A DNA stretch of 64,000 nt from Lama glama (Eukaryota), in NCBI GenBank assembly GCA_028534125.1, contig CM052817.1, forward strand, positions 81,346,001-81,410,000, given 5' to 3'. A model generated the notes under the pieces. The model saw only the letters and a list, made by a program, of their open reading frames with translations, was not told the DNA's origin and ran no database searches. Shown piece by piece: positions 27,601 to 42,720 of the stretch; position 1 is the first letter of the stretch; each line of letters begins with the position of its first letter. A program made the translations under genes and the position numbers.

Positions 27601-28214
27601 TGCTTCCAATGGTGTTAAATTCTTGGCTTGACAGGTATAACTCATAGCCAACATTCGGTGTCCTTCTGCTGCATTACATAAATACTTCTGAGTGCAGTGT
27701 TTCACATCCAGAAGCCACTCTGCAAAACTATAGTGAAACAGTATTTTCGTATTTCCTAGTCCATCAACAAGAAGTTTGGAGAGGACATCTAACTTGCGTT
27801 GAAAGTCTTCCAAGGTTAATGACATATTTTTGGTCCATACCGCATGGTATAATTCCGTTATGGTCAAAGGTCGGCAGGCTGCAAGAATCACATTCAAAAT
27901 AGGCTGAACCTTTGCAAACTGTTTTCTTACAAAAAGTCTTTGACACAGCCAGAGATACAGACCATTTAGAGTTCCTGGGATGTCACGAATCTCTCTTAAC
28001 ATAATAAAATTTTCTACAACTCCATCGAGAACTCTTTCTAGATAAAGAAAGCACCCACTACTTTTAATATGCAGCTGGTTTAACATCTCTGCAGTCTCTT
28101 TTGTGAGGTGCTGTCGCAAAGCTTCTTCTTGATCTAAACGATGAAGAATGTACTGTTGAACATCCTTAACGATATATGCCTTCCGAAGGTCATCTAAACT
28201 TATTTTTCGAAAAC
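24667..28214 (-). CDS. ANKRD50: ANKRD50 third coding exon (exon 4; helical/winged-helix region, ankyrin repeats, Ser-rich tail, C-terminal ETPL)
   Basis: Lies within the 1193-codon ORF. Acceptor TTTCCTCTAG|GT (AG at 28216-28215); TAA stop at 24669-24667. 17 clear ankyrin repeats (G-x-T-P/A-L...G-A-D/E-V-N) at ~25650-27330. Total spliced CDS is 1429 aa. Confidence 0.97.
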
Positions 28215-31200
28215 CTAGAGGAAAGACAAAAAAAGTGGACGTCATCAATTCAAGATGATTATCAAAGAGAATGTCTTCAGTGTGTGATAAATAAGCAAAT
28301 AAATCAATAATAAATCAATTAATACTAGCAAACAAATTAATCAATACCTAGAGGTATATAAATCAGTTTTCTTTTCCTGCTGGAAAAACATATGGATGGC
28401 AGATGAACTATTTCATTTTCCTGTCTACAAATGGAAGTACTTCTTATTCATTTAGTGGCTCAGTGCACCTCTCAACTTCAATGATGAGATACTAAACTGA
28501 GCATTAGACATCTCATATACATATCCAAGCACCTTGTTAAGATTTTCTGATCCCCCAAATGACTAAGAAAAAAAAAGCTGCAGAATACGTAAATGAAGTT
28601 CATTTGTTTTTATAAGCTGATCTTTTTCATGTGAAAATTTACATATTTTATCCACATAACTGAATGTACACGTCTTAATTATGGGATTGAATATTTGCAT
28701 CCAATTTGAATATCACATGTCACTGCCTTTAAATTACATTATTTTATATGCTATCAAATTAAAATGATTAAATTTCAGATTGTCAATAAATAGTTGGAAT
28801 CTGAAGATGCAACTTAAATTATGTTAATAAAACTTCAGCATTGTGAAAATAAAGAAACTTATTAAAATTCAAACCAACCTAAAGATTACTAGTTACAGCT
28901 ATTCAAAATTCACTTTGAGTTCTTTAAAGGGAACCATAATTTCATTTTCTGAAGGAAGACGATATCCTGTTTTATAGACATGAGTTTATTAGATGATTGT
29001 GTAATTCATCTTACAGAAGAAAAAATTTGAGTGAATGAATGCTGAGTGAATGAACTCTCTTAAGAGGTATAAATGTAGAAATTCAGTAAAGATTAGTTAT
29101 GGTCAATTAATACTGAGTAAAATACTCTTTTTACTTGATGGAATAAAACAAATATATATATCATCTACTATATGCCAGGTACTATATGAGGAGATGAGAC
29201 ACATTTGGTAATGAAAAGTCAGTGAGGAATTTTGACCACTAGAGGCAAAACCGTTTACAGAGGCTCTGATAAAGCCTAGGTAAGAATCACTAAAAGCCTG
29301 AACAACCAAAGCAGCAACAGCAGCAGATAAAAATAAAAGCTGATTTGGAAATTATTAATAAGGGCTAGACTGCATAGAGCTCAGTGAGTGTGGAGAACGA
29401 AAAAGAGGAGGAGTCAAAGTTGACATTCATTTCTGACATGGCCAGCCAGATGGAAACAGAGACCACTGAAGACAAATAACAGGTCTGGAGAGAGAGCTGA
29501 TAAATTTTGTGATTCTAATCTTGAATTATTTAGGTGAACTGGATAAATCTAGTGAAAAACACAACCTACGAAGAATGACACATGAAGAAATAACAAATCT
29601 GCAAACCTCTAAATCTATGTAAAAAATGGAATCTATAATTATATATAGATGTATATACATAAAATGGAATCTGTAATTACATACATATGTCCATACATAC
29701 AACTGATTGATTATAATTAAACATATAACTGATTATTCTCAGCAGAATTCATTTCAAAAGATAAATTTTAATTATGAAAAAGACACACCTTATTTAAGGA
29801 GAGTTTAAAAATGCCCAGAAATTTGTAACAATCTACACTTACTAGTGTAGTAAGTAGGTATGAGATTAACTTGTAGATAAGAGATTAACTTGCCTTTTTG
29901 TGTGTTCATTTACTTTTGGCTTTCTAAATTCATTAAAATAATTTAGGCTGGAAAACACCTGGCATGTTGCTAATAAGAAGGATTTAAGAAATAATATCTT
30001 AGGGTGTTTTAAAGTTTCCAAAGTGATCTTGTAGATACTGATTTACATAAAAGATTATAATGCTTATTATGAATAAATATGTATAATTTAAACCTATTTA
30101 ACTAAGATACCATGGTTGAAACTTGAGTTAATTAAGACAGAAACTAGGCTAAAGCTCCATTGTAACAGGTTTGGTTCTTAAGAAAGAAATATAGGAGAAC
30201 AGCACTTATAGAGAGTCAGTTATTTTCAAAGCAGAACTTCAGTGCTGATCATGTACACGTCTTTCTATGTCAAGCCTGTGAGATAACTTGCACCTGCCAG
30301 TTCTAATTTGGAATGCATACCTCTCAGTGCAAAATCCATACATTTCAACTTAGAGCATCAGTAAAAAGCAGAAAGAAATGTGTAGGATATATATAAGGAA
30401 CACTGAAAAAAAGGTTTTTAAAAAGTTGAGTAAGTGAAAAAATATGCCAGGTTTGTGGATGGAAAGAAAGCATATTTTAAATATCAAAAATTTCCTAAAT
30501 TTTAACCCTATTTAATAATTTTTTGTATCATTGGTAGTTAGAATTTTAAAAAGCTACTAAAGTCAATCTCGAGGAATAAAGGTAAAATATACCTTTTAAA
30601 ATAATAACATTGATGGCAAGGAGGACTGGGAAGTAATTGTACAAAAAAATTTTAAATATTAAAGCAATGTGACAGTGCCTAAAAATGCTGACAGATAGTT
30701 TAGAAGAGCAGACAGATGGCTTAGAAATATATCAGTAACACAAAATGATATATATACATGCACTTAAACTGAAACTTAACATATGATAAAAGAAGCATGT
30801 ATAACTAATGCGAGCCCATAAGTGGTGCTGAGAAAATCTGTGGTTTGATAAAGTATCCAAGTTAGAGTCTATTTCACACCATTCAGTAGAATATATACTA
30901 TATGGATGAAAATCACTAAATATAAAAATAAGAATATTAGATATTAAAGGACAATACATTACATTACATACAATAGACTTCAAAAGAATTATGATAATTT
31001 TAAAAAGCTGAAGAAAATAGTTGCAAAGATTAATAAAATATGAAACAAAAGCTCTCTTAATAATCAATTAGAATATCACTAACTTCCTAAAGGAGACACA
31101 GTAAAGGTGAGAAAATAAGAATTCACAGGAAAAAAAGACAAACTGATAAAATAAGCATAAAGAGGAGAGAAATCAACAGTAAATAAGAAGTGCAAATAAA

Positions 31201-32349
31201 ACTAAATTTCACACACTAAATTTGTAAATATGAAAATAAGTAATTCACTACTGGTAGAATTTCTGAGAAACGAACACTCTCAGGTAGATATATAATATGA
31301 TGTATACCTTCTGGAAAGCAACTTGACAATACGTATTCATAACTTCAGTAATATTCTTCAGTGTTGACTCCCAAATTCCATATCTATCATCAATAGAGAT
31401 ATAGTCCAACGCTCATCACAGCCCTGCACTTTTAATAATTAACAGCATTTTAGAAGGAGTATGGAAAGAGAACAGGGCCATATTCACTTCCTCCTTATTC
31501 CTTCCTGGGTCACTGCTTTTTCCACCAAGACATGGTTCAAAGAGACACAAACTCATTTATTTGCCTGTTCCCAGCTGTGTTCTAGCTGCTGCGGAGACAC
31601 AGTAGCAGACAAGACAAGCAAATGTCCTGTTCTTACGGAGACTATATCCTAGTGGAGGAGACACACAAGTAAGAAAACAAATATAAAATACAAACAATTT
31701 TAAACAATAATGAGACATATGAAGAAAATGAAACAAGACATAAAGAGTGTGTGGCTAAGTAGCTGAGGAGGCAAAAATAGAAATAGAATAGAAAAACACA
31801 GAGAAGTCTGCCTAAGACTGACATCTGAGCAGAGGCTGAAATGTTAAGACAGTAAGAAGTTCAGGAGAAATTCACTCCAGTCAGAGGGAAGATCAAGCCC
31901 AAGACCCTAATGCAGAAAAAGCAGATCTGAAAATAACAAATGTCAACTGATGAGAATACAGAGAAAAGGGAAATCGCATGTGCTGCTGGTAGGAGCGTAA
32001 GTTATTTCCAGCACATCAGACAGCAGTCTGGCAAAATTAAGTAAAGCTCAAAATGTACACACTCTATAGTCTAGTAATTATGTGTCCAGGTTTATCATGT
32101 AAACCTTTAGCACAGGCGCACAAGAAGATGTGTTCAAGCATGTTCATGAAGCATTTTTGTTATAGTGAAAAATTGAGATAATCTAAGTGTCCATGAATAG
32201 GACAATGGGAAAACTGGAGATTTATTCATGGGAAGAAATAGTATACAGCAATTAAAACCACAGAACTGGGTTAATAAGTAGCAAAAGGAATAAGGCTCAA
32301 AAAATAATGTTTGCACAAAAAGAGGAGATGATGATAATGATAATGACAG

Positions 32350-32560
32350 CAGCAGTACACCTATGAAGCACTTAGTATGTACCAGGGATGGTTTTAAGTG
32401 CTTCCCGTCATGTAATTTGTCATTTAACCTCATAAAAAGCCTGTGGGGAAGTAGCAGGGAAGTATAATCCTCACTTTCTAGATGAGGAAACTGAGGCACA
32501 GGATGTACCAGTAAGCTGCATAAGTAAGGTCACGTGCCCAGTGACTAGGAAGAGCTAAGC
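32350..32560 (-). mobile_element. MIR SINE
   Basis: CTAGATGAGGAAACTGAGGCACAG core and TAAGGTCAC. Confidence 0.8.
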
Positions 32561-33674
32561 TGGTATATGCAGTGTTTCATTCCTACAAACTATAAAAACG
32601 TACAGAACTTAATGAGTTGAAAGGATATAAGATAAACTAATAACACTGATCGTTTCTAATCAAGAAGGGAAAGAAAGGGGCTTCAACTTTATCTGTACCT
32701 GACGTACTATGAGCTACATAACATTAGCTGTTACCCTGTTAACCCTCCAAGTTCTAGTGACTAGATCTTTGTCAGTAACAACAAAAAAGAATAGTATAAA
32801 GGAAGCCAAACCCAAAGTGCTGTCATTAGTAGCTAGGGAATCTGAAAGAGAGGGAATATAAATCTGGTTAAAGGAAACTGTTTTCACAAATTAATAAGGT
32901 TTCACCATTCCAAAAAAGGAAGTTTAAAAGTGGTATGGCTAATTAACCAATAACTTGATTATTATCTTTCCAATCACACTATAAATCCTGTGAGTGTTCC
33001 TGCTGTATGCTCCTGTTATTTCCCATAGCACAAAAAAAAGTGTTTTGCATAATCTAACAGGAGTAACCACAACTTTATCGTGGTAGTAGAAAAGTAAAGT
33101 CAGGAAACAAGGGAGAATTTAAGAAGAAAAAACAACTGATCATGAATTTCTATACGTTATGTAAATCGCTTTCTCACACATCAGAAAAGGGTTAAGAAAA
33201 GGATCTATTTCATCAGTTATCCTAAAAGACTGTCAACTGTCTCTCCTCTTAAACCCGTCTTAGAGAAACTGCCATTGATTTTTAAATAGGCATATTCACT
33301 ACTCTCAAGATGTCCAGTCTAGTTAGAAGAAATAGCATAAGCTGTCATCAGGACACATCAGCATAAAAAATGCAGCCCTACAGATACAGAAGAGCTAACA
33401 CGACAGGAGATACTCCTAACCTTTACTAAGGAAGCAACATAAAGAATCTGGGGGGAAAAGGTACTGTTAAATGATCTTACAATATTCTATGGCTTGTTTT
33501 TAATACAACTTGAACAAGGTACAGTTGAAAACAGCTGATGGAACAGACAGAACAGCTGACAAAACAGCAGAAGCAACAACCAGATTTTTCAACTGAGCAC
33601 TCTCCTCTCAGAAAGAAACAAGTGTATTAGTACATCAATGAAAAACATTTGAGAACGGCAGTAATTGCACTTAC

Positions 33675-33904
33675 CGGTAAACATTTTAGTAACAGCTTTG
33701 CTCTGTTTTCGGGCAGAACAGAGAAGCAATAACCATGGTGGGAAGAACTCGTGGTGAGCAGCTAAAAGCTCTGCAACAGTCCCAGATAAACTGGCAGACG
33801 TGTGTTCTCCTTCGGTCACACTGCACCCTTCGTCAACAGAATCCACGAGCAGGTACAGGCTCTGCTGTGGAGGCTTCATCCCCAACAGAGGGAGCAGAAC
33901 ACAC
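33675..33904 (-). CDS. ANKRD50: ANKRD50 second coding exon (exon 3; aa 171-248, contains Walker [11 protein letters not shown])
   Basis: Acceptor GTTTTGCAG|GTGT (AG at 33906-33905) and donor CCG|GTAAGT (GT at 33674-33673). 230 nt. Phases 2 and 1 join both neighbouring exons in frame. Confidence 0.95.
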
Positions 33905-35829
33905 CTGCAAAACAGCCATGTGAGCGCTCGGAATGTTATTGGCCACAATATTAAGATTTCTTATTCAAACACTAGAATTACAGGTTATAAATATTGTTTT
34001 AAAAAATAAATCAAGGTTTTAGAATAAAAATATTGCACAAGTTTCAATTTCTGGCTTAATGAAAATACTGGTCCTAAATAGTTCACATTCCAATAACAAG
34101 ATTTTCCACAATTAAGTGGGTGAGTGTATGTGTACTTGTGATTCAGCATATTAAGAAGAGCAGTAGGAACTTGAGGAAACAAGATTTCAATATTCCCTTC
34201 CTGATTTTTTGAATTAAGAATACAAGCTTGAACTGTTTATAATAAAACTAAAATGTGTTGCAAAGGAAAAGAAAACCTTGGGGACCACCCCAACAACAGG
34301 AAAAATATCAAAGAGTTCTACAGAATTTACAAGTATTTTATCATCATGGCTCACAAAGTGAGTGCGTTTTATCTAGTTTGTCACACGCAAATTTTATTTT
34401 AAAAAACTTTTCAAAGATTAACTACAGTCTAGGTCCCATTTGATATATGTTCAAAATTCAATATATTGAAGAATATATTAGGTTTAATTCCACTAAAGAA
34501 CACATTTCCTATGCAGATAATTTATACTGAAGTTGAATGCAACTTTTTCCTAAATAAAACAATACTCATTCATTTTCAACAAATACTTACTTGAGCATTC
34601 CATGCACTGAATGAGATACTGAAAGATACAACGGTGAGAGGACAGAATCCATCTAATTATGATACCAGAAATTTACAGAGATTCCTGTCCACAACTCTCT
34701 TCTCAGTCTTTCAATCCCAATAGCAACAAGACCCAATTTATCAGTAAGTTCTATCAATATGAGGATTTGGTAGTATTCTTTTCTCCAAAACCTACTCTGT
34801 CTGATATTAATGTTAAAAATAATTCCTCATGGTTTCTGCAAAAGCTTTGCACATTTTATTTTTTATTCAAATTAATTCTGACAGGTGTGACCTAGGGTTC
34901 CAATTTTTTTCCCCTCATGGCTCCAGTTATCCCCAAACCATTTATTAAATTATCTCTCTCCTAGTGATTTGATTTGAAATTCCTCTTTTTTTCTCCCCAC
35001 AGAATAAATCCCCATATGTATTCTGAGTCTGATTTATCTTATTCTGTTGTCTCCCAATCTCTTCTCCAAGCACTTATATCTCTGCTTCGTGAAACTGTTT
35101 AAGTCAGGCAATTGCTCATTAACTGTTTTCATTCAAGACAATATGTTTAGCTAAAGATTTCTTTTTGTTTCATGGCAGCATTTTTCTGGTGGGTGTTTCT
35201 GGTGCTGTTTTTCAGTCTCCTTCCCCCTTCTGTTTCTGAGATATATATTTTACATATCTTGTAACAGCTCTTCTTCAATAGATAACTTCTTTCTGGACCA
35301 GCAATTGCAGGTTTGTGTATCCAGTGTCCAGCCTTCTCCATGTGACTCAGAGTTATGGGTGTGCTTCTACGTCTCCGCAGCCAATTAAGATCAGAAACTG
35401 AGGGGATGTACATAAGGCAGAGTATCTCACCACAACCCCCTCCCCCACCAGCCCCCGATGTCTGTCTCTTGCATACAGCTCTTCTGTGTGACTCATTCTC
35501 CCTGACTTCTCTGTTCTTCCTTTTTGCTTAACTGGGCCCAGGGAAACTTCCAGCATAAGTTTATAACCTGTCTCCATGGTTCCCGACCAGAGCCTTTACG
35601 CTCTTGATGACCTTCAGGGTGTGCACTTATTTTAAAGCATAAATGTCCTGTCAGTTTTGGTCTGCATTCAATTTTATGTTAACTTCTACATTATCTATCT
35701 TCAGGTTTGGGTTTATAGGTCTCTCATAGTTTCACTTTCTTGCTATCAGACTTTTCCCAGGCATTACTCAGTTATGTTAAAACCAGAAGCCAATCTATGG
35801 CTTTAAAAATACTGAGCAATTTTTTCTAG

Positions 35830-36490
35830 CCTTGATCTCACCACTAAACTCAAAACTGACACTTCCCCAAACTGTCTATCTGCCATCTCCATGTGGGGGT
35901 GCTACAGCTATCTCAAATTTAATGTTTAAAGAAGCATTCTCTTTCCATTTTACCTTCAAAATAAGTTCCTCCCCACCTGCCTTCCCCATCATTTAGTGGA
36001 CCCCGTCCTCCCCGAGGGCCTGAAGTCAAAATCCCAGGCTTCATTCTTAGTCCTTCCTTTCGTTCCAGCACACTGTGCCCCTTTCACTTCTAACACCCAG
36101 TATGTCTCCAGTCAGGGCCTGTGGACTTGCTGCTTCCTCTGCATAGAAAGCTCCCCCAGGCAGAATCTCTTATTCTTCACATTTCAACACAAAATTTACT
36201 CCTGAAGAGGCCTGCCCTGATCACCATGTCTGAAACAGCCTTCATCATCATGTACTGCTGTTACTTTAACACCTCATCCTGTTTTCTTTGTAGTATTTAA
36301 CATATTCTCAAAAAATCTTGTTGAATTATTTGTGTACTATTTGCATCATAAGGCTGGGGGGAAGCTCACCCACCTCCACCCCGCCTCCCGCATGACAGTG
36401 CCTGTCTTGTGCACTGCTAGTTTCCCAGCTCTCAGAGCCATTATCAGCGCATCACAAACACTCTATAAAATGTGTTTCATGACTGAATAG
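35830..36490 (+). mobile_element. L2 fragments
   Basis: CATCTCCATGTGG...TCTCAAATTTAATGT and CAGGGCCTGTGGACTTGCTGCTTCCTCTGC L2-like motifs. Confidence 0.6.
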
Positions 36491-36844
36491 TAATTAATGG
36501 GAAAACTGCTACTTTAAAACACTAGGATAAAAAATTGACTAGACTCCCATATTCAGTGCCCTTTCAATTATTCCAACAAAAGCACCACAGAGGGATACGT
36601 ACACCACCAAGTGACACATAGATCCACATTTTCTATTAGGTTACATTATTTTATAAAATGAAAAGCCCATCAACGTATGCACACCCTTAAGTAAGAGTGC
36701 TTTAGTCTACAACAGGTTTTCCTGTTTGTGACTATATATATATTATCATTCACATGAGATAATGTAATAGTGTTAGGTTATCACATTCATATAAAGATAA
36801 TCACCATCTTCAAAAGCAGCGGTATGCTGCAGGGTTTTACCTCT

Positions 36845-36866
36845 GTGTGTGTGTGTGTGTGTGTGT
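36845..36866. repeat. (TG)n microsatellite
   Basis: Read directly. Confidence 0.9.
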
Positions 36867-37484
36867 ACGCTATTAAATGTCTCACATGTCTTTGTTACAT
36901 TATTAAAATGCAGGCAAAAATATATTACATTCTTAATATTTTTATGAATTCAATTTAAAGTCCTTGAACTAGCTTTTCTCTATTTTCAACTCCATCTTGA
37001 ATGTAAGTATGGGCAGCAGCACCCTTCTGTCGCTGGCCTTCTGATTTCCTGGCAGAACGGCAGCTGATGGACCATTAGGGCAATTCTGAAATGAAAGACA
37101 TCTATTCTTTTTTTTGGTTTTTTACTGCCTTTTCTCAGGAGGCTAATTAACTTTTAAAAGCTGCCACAAGTATTACAAGGAATATACTATTAGATGGACA
37201 GCTCCTACATGTACAATAGTTCCCTTGAAGTTTTCACTGTTGAACATTGGGGTTCAGCTCACTCTCTGACTCACTCCCTCGGGTGCAGAGAACTGCTTGA
37301 GAGCCTCCCTCCCAGCCTTACAACAAAATAAGCCAGATGAGCTGCAAGTTCAACACTTTTCATGAACCCATGAGAAAGCTTAGGTCACAGGGTGGTCACC
37401 TAGCCCCAAATCTAAGGTGGCACAGACACCTGAAGGTAGGTAGACAAGCACTTGCTTACCTGGGGCAGTGCACCTGGGCACTGG

Positions 37485-39420
37485 AAAACAACCCGAAGGA
37501 AAAACAGGCAAAAGACCTGAACAGACACCTCACCAAAGAAGCTGTACAGATGGCAAGCAAGCATATGAGAAGATATTCAACATCATATGTTGTTAGGGAA
37601 TTGCAAATTAAAACAAGAAGCTGCTACATACATGTTACAATGGCCAAAATCCAAACACTGACAAACTGAATACTGGCAAGGATGTGAAGCAACAGGGACT
37701 CTCATTCATTGCTGGTGGGAATGCAAAACGCTACAACCAATTTGGAAGACAGTTTGACAATTTTCTTACAAAACTAAACATACTCTTATGATCCAGCAGT
37801 CGTGCCCCCTGATTTTTACCCAAATGAACTGAAAACTTACGTCCATGCAAACATCTGCACACAAACGTACACAACAGCTTTATTCATAATTGCCAAAATG
37901 TGGAAGCAACCAAGATGTCCTTCAGTCAGTGAATCTTAATAAAAACTGTGGTACATCCAGACAATGGAGTATCATTCAGCACGAAAAGGAAATGAGCTAT
38001 CAGGCCATGAAAACATATGGAGGAACCTTAAATGTACATTACCAAGTAAAAGAAGCCAACATGAAAAGGCTATATACTGTATGATTCCAAGTGTCAAACA
38101 TTCTGGAAAAGGAAAAACTATGGAAACAGTACAAGGATCACTAGTTGCCAGAGGTTGGGGAAGGAGGAAATGTATAGGCAGAGCACAGAGGCTTTTTAGG
38201 GCAGTAAAAGTACTGTGTATGGTACAAAGATGGTGGATACATGTCATCACCCATTTGTTAAAATCCATAGGACGTAAACACCAAGAGTGACCCTCAATGT
38301 CAACTCTAAACTTTGGAGGATAGCGATGTGTCAAAGCAGGTTCATCAATCATTAACAAATGCACCACTGTGACGTAGGGTATTGATGGCGGAAGAGGCTG
38401 TGTGTGTGTAGGGATGGAGGTATCTGGAAACTCTCTGCACTTTACCCTTAAGAGCAGCAAACCTAAAAGTGCTCTAAAAATAAAATCTGTAAATTAACAA
38501 AAAATAGTATGGTATTTGCAAAAGACAGACACTTCGAAAGCCTAGTAACAGATCAGCATGAATATAGGAAGCTGATTTTTCACAAAGTTGCAAAGGTAAT
38601 TTAACTGAGAAAGGAAAGTTTTTTCAACACATGATGCTTTAAAATGATAGCAATTGGATTTCAATGTAAAAAAGGTTAATCTCACCACACAGTTTTCATA
38701 TTTTACATAAAAATTGAGTCAAAATGGATTATAAACTTAGATGTAAAACATTTCCAGGTGAAAATCTCTCTGATCTTGAGTTAGGTAAAGAGTTTTGAGA
38801 TATTATGCAAAAAGTAGGATCCTTAAAAAAATTAATAAATTTGACTTTCTCAAAATTAACTTTTATAATGCCTACAAAAGCACTGTTAAGAGAATGTAAA
38901 AACAAACTGCAGAGGCCAAAAACATTTGCAAATTAAATTTCTTACTTAGGACTTGTGTCCAGAAAATATTTTTTAAAAACTCTCAAAACTCAACAATAAG
39001 AAAACAAATGAGAAAAATTAAGAAAAAAATGGAGAAAGCCAAAACAGACACTTAAGAAAAGCAGATATAAGGGAGTCAAAAAAGCATATGAAAATGTACT
39101 CAAAATCATTAGTCATCAGGGAAATGTAAATTAAAACCACAGTAAAATACGACTAGACACCTGTTAGAATTGCTGAAATAAATGAAAACCCTGAAAACAC
39201 CAATGCTGGCAAGGATGCAGAGCAATGCCACAGCCACTTTCAGATGGTGCAGCCACTCTGGAAAAGTTTGACAGCTTCTTAAAAAGTTAAACATACACCT
39301 AATATATGACCCAGCAATCCGGTCATACTTCCAGGTACTTGCCTAAGTCAACTGAAAACTAACAGCCAAGCAAAAATCTGTACATGAACATTTATAACAG
39401 TTTGATTCATAAATCTTGAA
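37485..39420 (+). mobile_element. Two L1 segments: ORF2 3' end plus 3'UTR (~37485-38480) and an older ORF2 fragment (~38500-39420)
   Basis: ORF remnants [27 protein letters not shown] and MEYHSARKGNEL match the L1 ORF2 C-terminus. Confidence 0.88.
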
Positions 39421-39689
39421 TGCAACAGCAATCAAAATCACTGATTCCCATCTACTTGAAAGCAGTATATCAATTCACGCTGCTCTTGATGGTAACAAAC
39501 CAAATTCTCAAACACCACACTCAAAAATCCTACATAGTCACTGAAATACAGGTCTGGAAAGCAGGTTTGGCTTTCTGATGACAGAGAATTAGTTTGCAAG
39601 ATGTAATACATTTGTCTTCTAAATCACACATGTATAATGTACAGTGTGTGTTAATTTATGTTCTCTTTGGGAAAACAAAGAGAATGGGA

Positions 39690-39900
39690 AATATTACCGA
39701 GCGCTTAGTATGCATGAAGCACTACGGCCAGTTATCGCTATCAACTTACTTATCCCTCACAGTAATCCTGAAAAAGGAAATACTATTACCATTTCCACTT
39801 CACAGATGAAGAAACAAAGGTATAGAGGTAAGGAGGCTGCAAAGAGAAGCAAGCAGTAAGTGGCACAGTAGGAATGAGTTTGATTTGTTTCAGAGTTGCT
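39690..39900 (-). mobile_element. MIR SINE
   Basis: CTCACAGTAATCCTG...CACAGATGAAGAAACAAAGG core. Confidence 0.65.
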
Positions 39901-40854
39901 CTTCTCGATTATTATGCTGAACTCCTGAAAATGTCAAAAAGGTATTTAAGATAAGAGCTTGAGGCCCAATTCAAACAAGAACACTCTTAGAACAACCTGA
40001 CTACACCTGGCAACTTAAGCTATTTTTTCAGCAATTAAATTATCTGGAAACATTTTTATGGAAGGAAAAAAATCTACATTATCCTAAGGTCTTCTAAATG
40101 AATATGCAACTTTTAAAATTTTTCTTTCCTGAAAGAATTAAACATTTTTGTGTTTGCTGCTAAAAGTCACTTGTCTCAATACTAAAATTCCAGAAAATTA
40201 GTAGATGGCAGATGTTCCTAATAATTCTGCTGAAATTATTACATGATTAATGTCAACACTTTATTTATGGCTCCTGAGTTCCCTAACTTGGGGTCTGTCA
40301 TTGATTTTCTGTGACTTATCAGTAAACTCAATATATGAAGACTGTTCTCACATGTTTCATTTTATTCAGTTACCCCATTATCCCATGCTAGACACAGCAA
40401 TTATGAATGAAGGCTGAACAAAAAACACCCTCAGATTTAATGATGCTGTTCAATTATAAATATCTGTATTTTTTTCTAAATTCATTATCACCTACTTTGA
40501 TGCAAAAAAGGGAATTTTTAGAATTAAATCATACATAATAGTATCAAATTACCCATTTTGAATTCTGGAGCCTAAAATCTCACTACTATCTGGTGAAATT
40601 TAGCATCAAAATATTATACATTTGAAGTTACCTAGAAGATTAATCCTAAATATCTAGCACTTTCCAAAATCACCTGGGAGTTTAATGCTGACATATCTGC
40701 CTGTCATTTTATTAATGAAATGATTAAGTTTCTTCAAAAGGCTAGGCTTTAAAATAAATGTTCTTTAAAAAGATGAAAAGAAATTAGAAAAACTAAAGCA
40801 ATAATAATTCTTGTTTAATACATCTTACCTTAGGAAAGCAAGCCCAGGTTCTAT

Positions 40855-41364
40855 TTTCTTTTTTCTCCAGTTTTACTGATATATAATTGACATACCACAT
40901 GTATAAGCTTAAGGTATATAACACATATGTATATACTGCAAAATGGTACCACAATAAGAGTAGTACTACCATCGTCTCACGTAGTTATAATTTTTTTCTT
41001 GTGATGAGAACTTTTAAGACCTACTCTCTCAGCACCTTTCAAATATGCGATACAGTGTTAACTGTAGTCCCCACGCTGCACATTACATCCCCAGAACTTA
41101 CTGATCTTACCACTCTAAGTTTGTACCTTTTGACCACCTTTAAACTAACGCCCCTTCTTCTCTCCCTTGCCTCTGGCAACCACAAATCTGATCTGTTTCT
41201 GTGAGTCTGGTGTTTTTAGATTCCACATAGAAGTAAAATTATACAGTATTTGTCTTTCTCTGTCTGACTTACTTCACTTAGCATAATGTCCTCTAGACCC
41301 TTTCATATTGTCACAAATGGCAGGATTTCCTCATTTTTCTATGGCTGAGGGTGTGGGTGGGTGT

Positions 41365-41407
<43 letters not shown>

Positions 41408-41455
41408 TATCACAATTTCTTTATCCATTTATCTAGGTTAATAGACACAGGTTGT
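40855..41455 (-). mobile_element. L1 3' end containing a (GT)n microsatellite (~41350-41408)
   Basis: TTTGTCTTTCTCTGTCTGACTTACTTCACTTAGCATAATG...CAAATGGCAGGATTTCC antisense L1 motif. Confidence 0.85.
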
Positions 41456-42720
41456 TTTCCTATTTTCTTTTCATACAAACCAAACTATCCTCCAATAAAT
41501 AAAAGCATGTGAAAATGTGGAACAGGTCTAACTGATACCTCAAACCAGTCAGGGATCAAATACTATTTTTTCTTTTAAAAAATCTAATAAGTGTAATTGA
41601 TAATTAAAATCAGGTCAGGAGTTTGGCCAAAATGTAGGATAAAATTTCTCTCTAAACTTTTGACCAAGATAGTGTAGTAACTTCATGCTTTTATGAACTG
41701 TTGCCCTTTGCTAAAATATATTATGGGATATAAAAACCAAAAAGGAATTATGGAATATAAAAACAAAAAGAAAAGAGAAAAATATAGCCAGAATCAAAAA
41801 TAAAATAAACATTTTAAAGTACGAGAAACAGAAAAGAAGCACAATGCTGGGAGCGAGCCTAAAATGTTAACTTGCCAAGCCAGTCTGCAGTGGCAGCTTG
41901 GGGACCAGAGGGTGAAAGTAAAAGTGGGGACAGATTCTCCCGCCTCTGCTAAGAGGACTCAGACTCACCGTTTGAAACTAGGGGCTGGAGCAGGGGCTCT
42001 CCCTATTAATAATGAAAGAAGGACACAAAAAGCATGGACTACCGCCTAGGGCTATGGCTTTTAGGAAGCAGCAGGGAGGGCAAAAAACTAGCCTCAGTGG
42101 AGACAGGAACTGAACCTAAAAAGACCATGGGTCAGTGACTAAGTCTGCAAAATCACAAGTATCAGCTTGGAATCGGAGCTTCATATCTCAATTACTGGCC
42201 CTCGTTCTAGACTGTACTGAGGGTGGGGAGTGGTGCAATCAACAATTAGAACCAGGAGAGCAGAGGGAGCAATGGTGATGGAGGGGGATACAAAAAGGAG
42301 AGGGAAAAAATTACAAAAATCACAGTGCTCAGAAAGAAAGCAGAAAACTCAATGATCAGAATACGTGTTCATATGCAAATGAAAGTAACTTATAAAGCTA
42401 CCGAAGAATCGAAAGAAAATCTATTTGTGATGTTCACATAAATAAAAGAGGAGATAAAATCCATTTAAAAAAAGAAAAACAAGCAAAGGTGCAAATCAAA
42501 TACATGGGAATGAACCAGAGAAATCTTCCTCACAAGGACTTCTACTGCCAGATAAAATGCAGTAGGTGGCAGCAGCCCAAAACTTCCACTGCAAAAGCTA
42601 GGGAAAAAGTGGATAAATTACAAATTTTATATTTTTAAAGACATGAGAAAGCTGCTGAAGCAAGAGAACAAAATGAAGTAGAACTCCAGAGGATGAAAAT
42701 TCATCCAAAATGAGCAAAAC

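Noticed and set aside
28215..28248. N-terminal [11 protein letters not shown] of the 1193-aa ORF
   Set aside because: Intronic polypyrimidine tract upstream of the acceptor; the true exon starts at 28214.
29621..29700. Short tandem duplications (also 12341-12386, 23362-23397, 29862-29892)
   Set aside because: Two-copy slippage duplications without unique spacers; not CRISPR-like and no evident function.
33589..33948. Stand-alone 119-aa ORF
   Set aside because: Only 33675-33904 is exonic; the flanks are intron read-through.
37337..38460. Several 100-160 aa ORFs in intron 2
   Set aside because: Fragments and antisense frames of a decayed L1.
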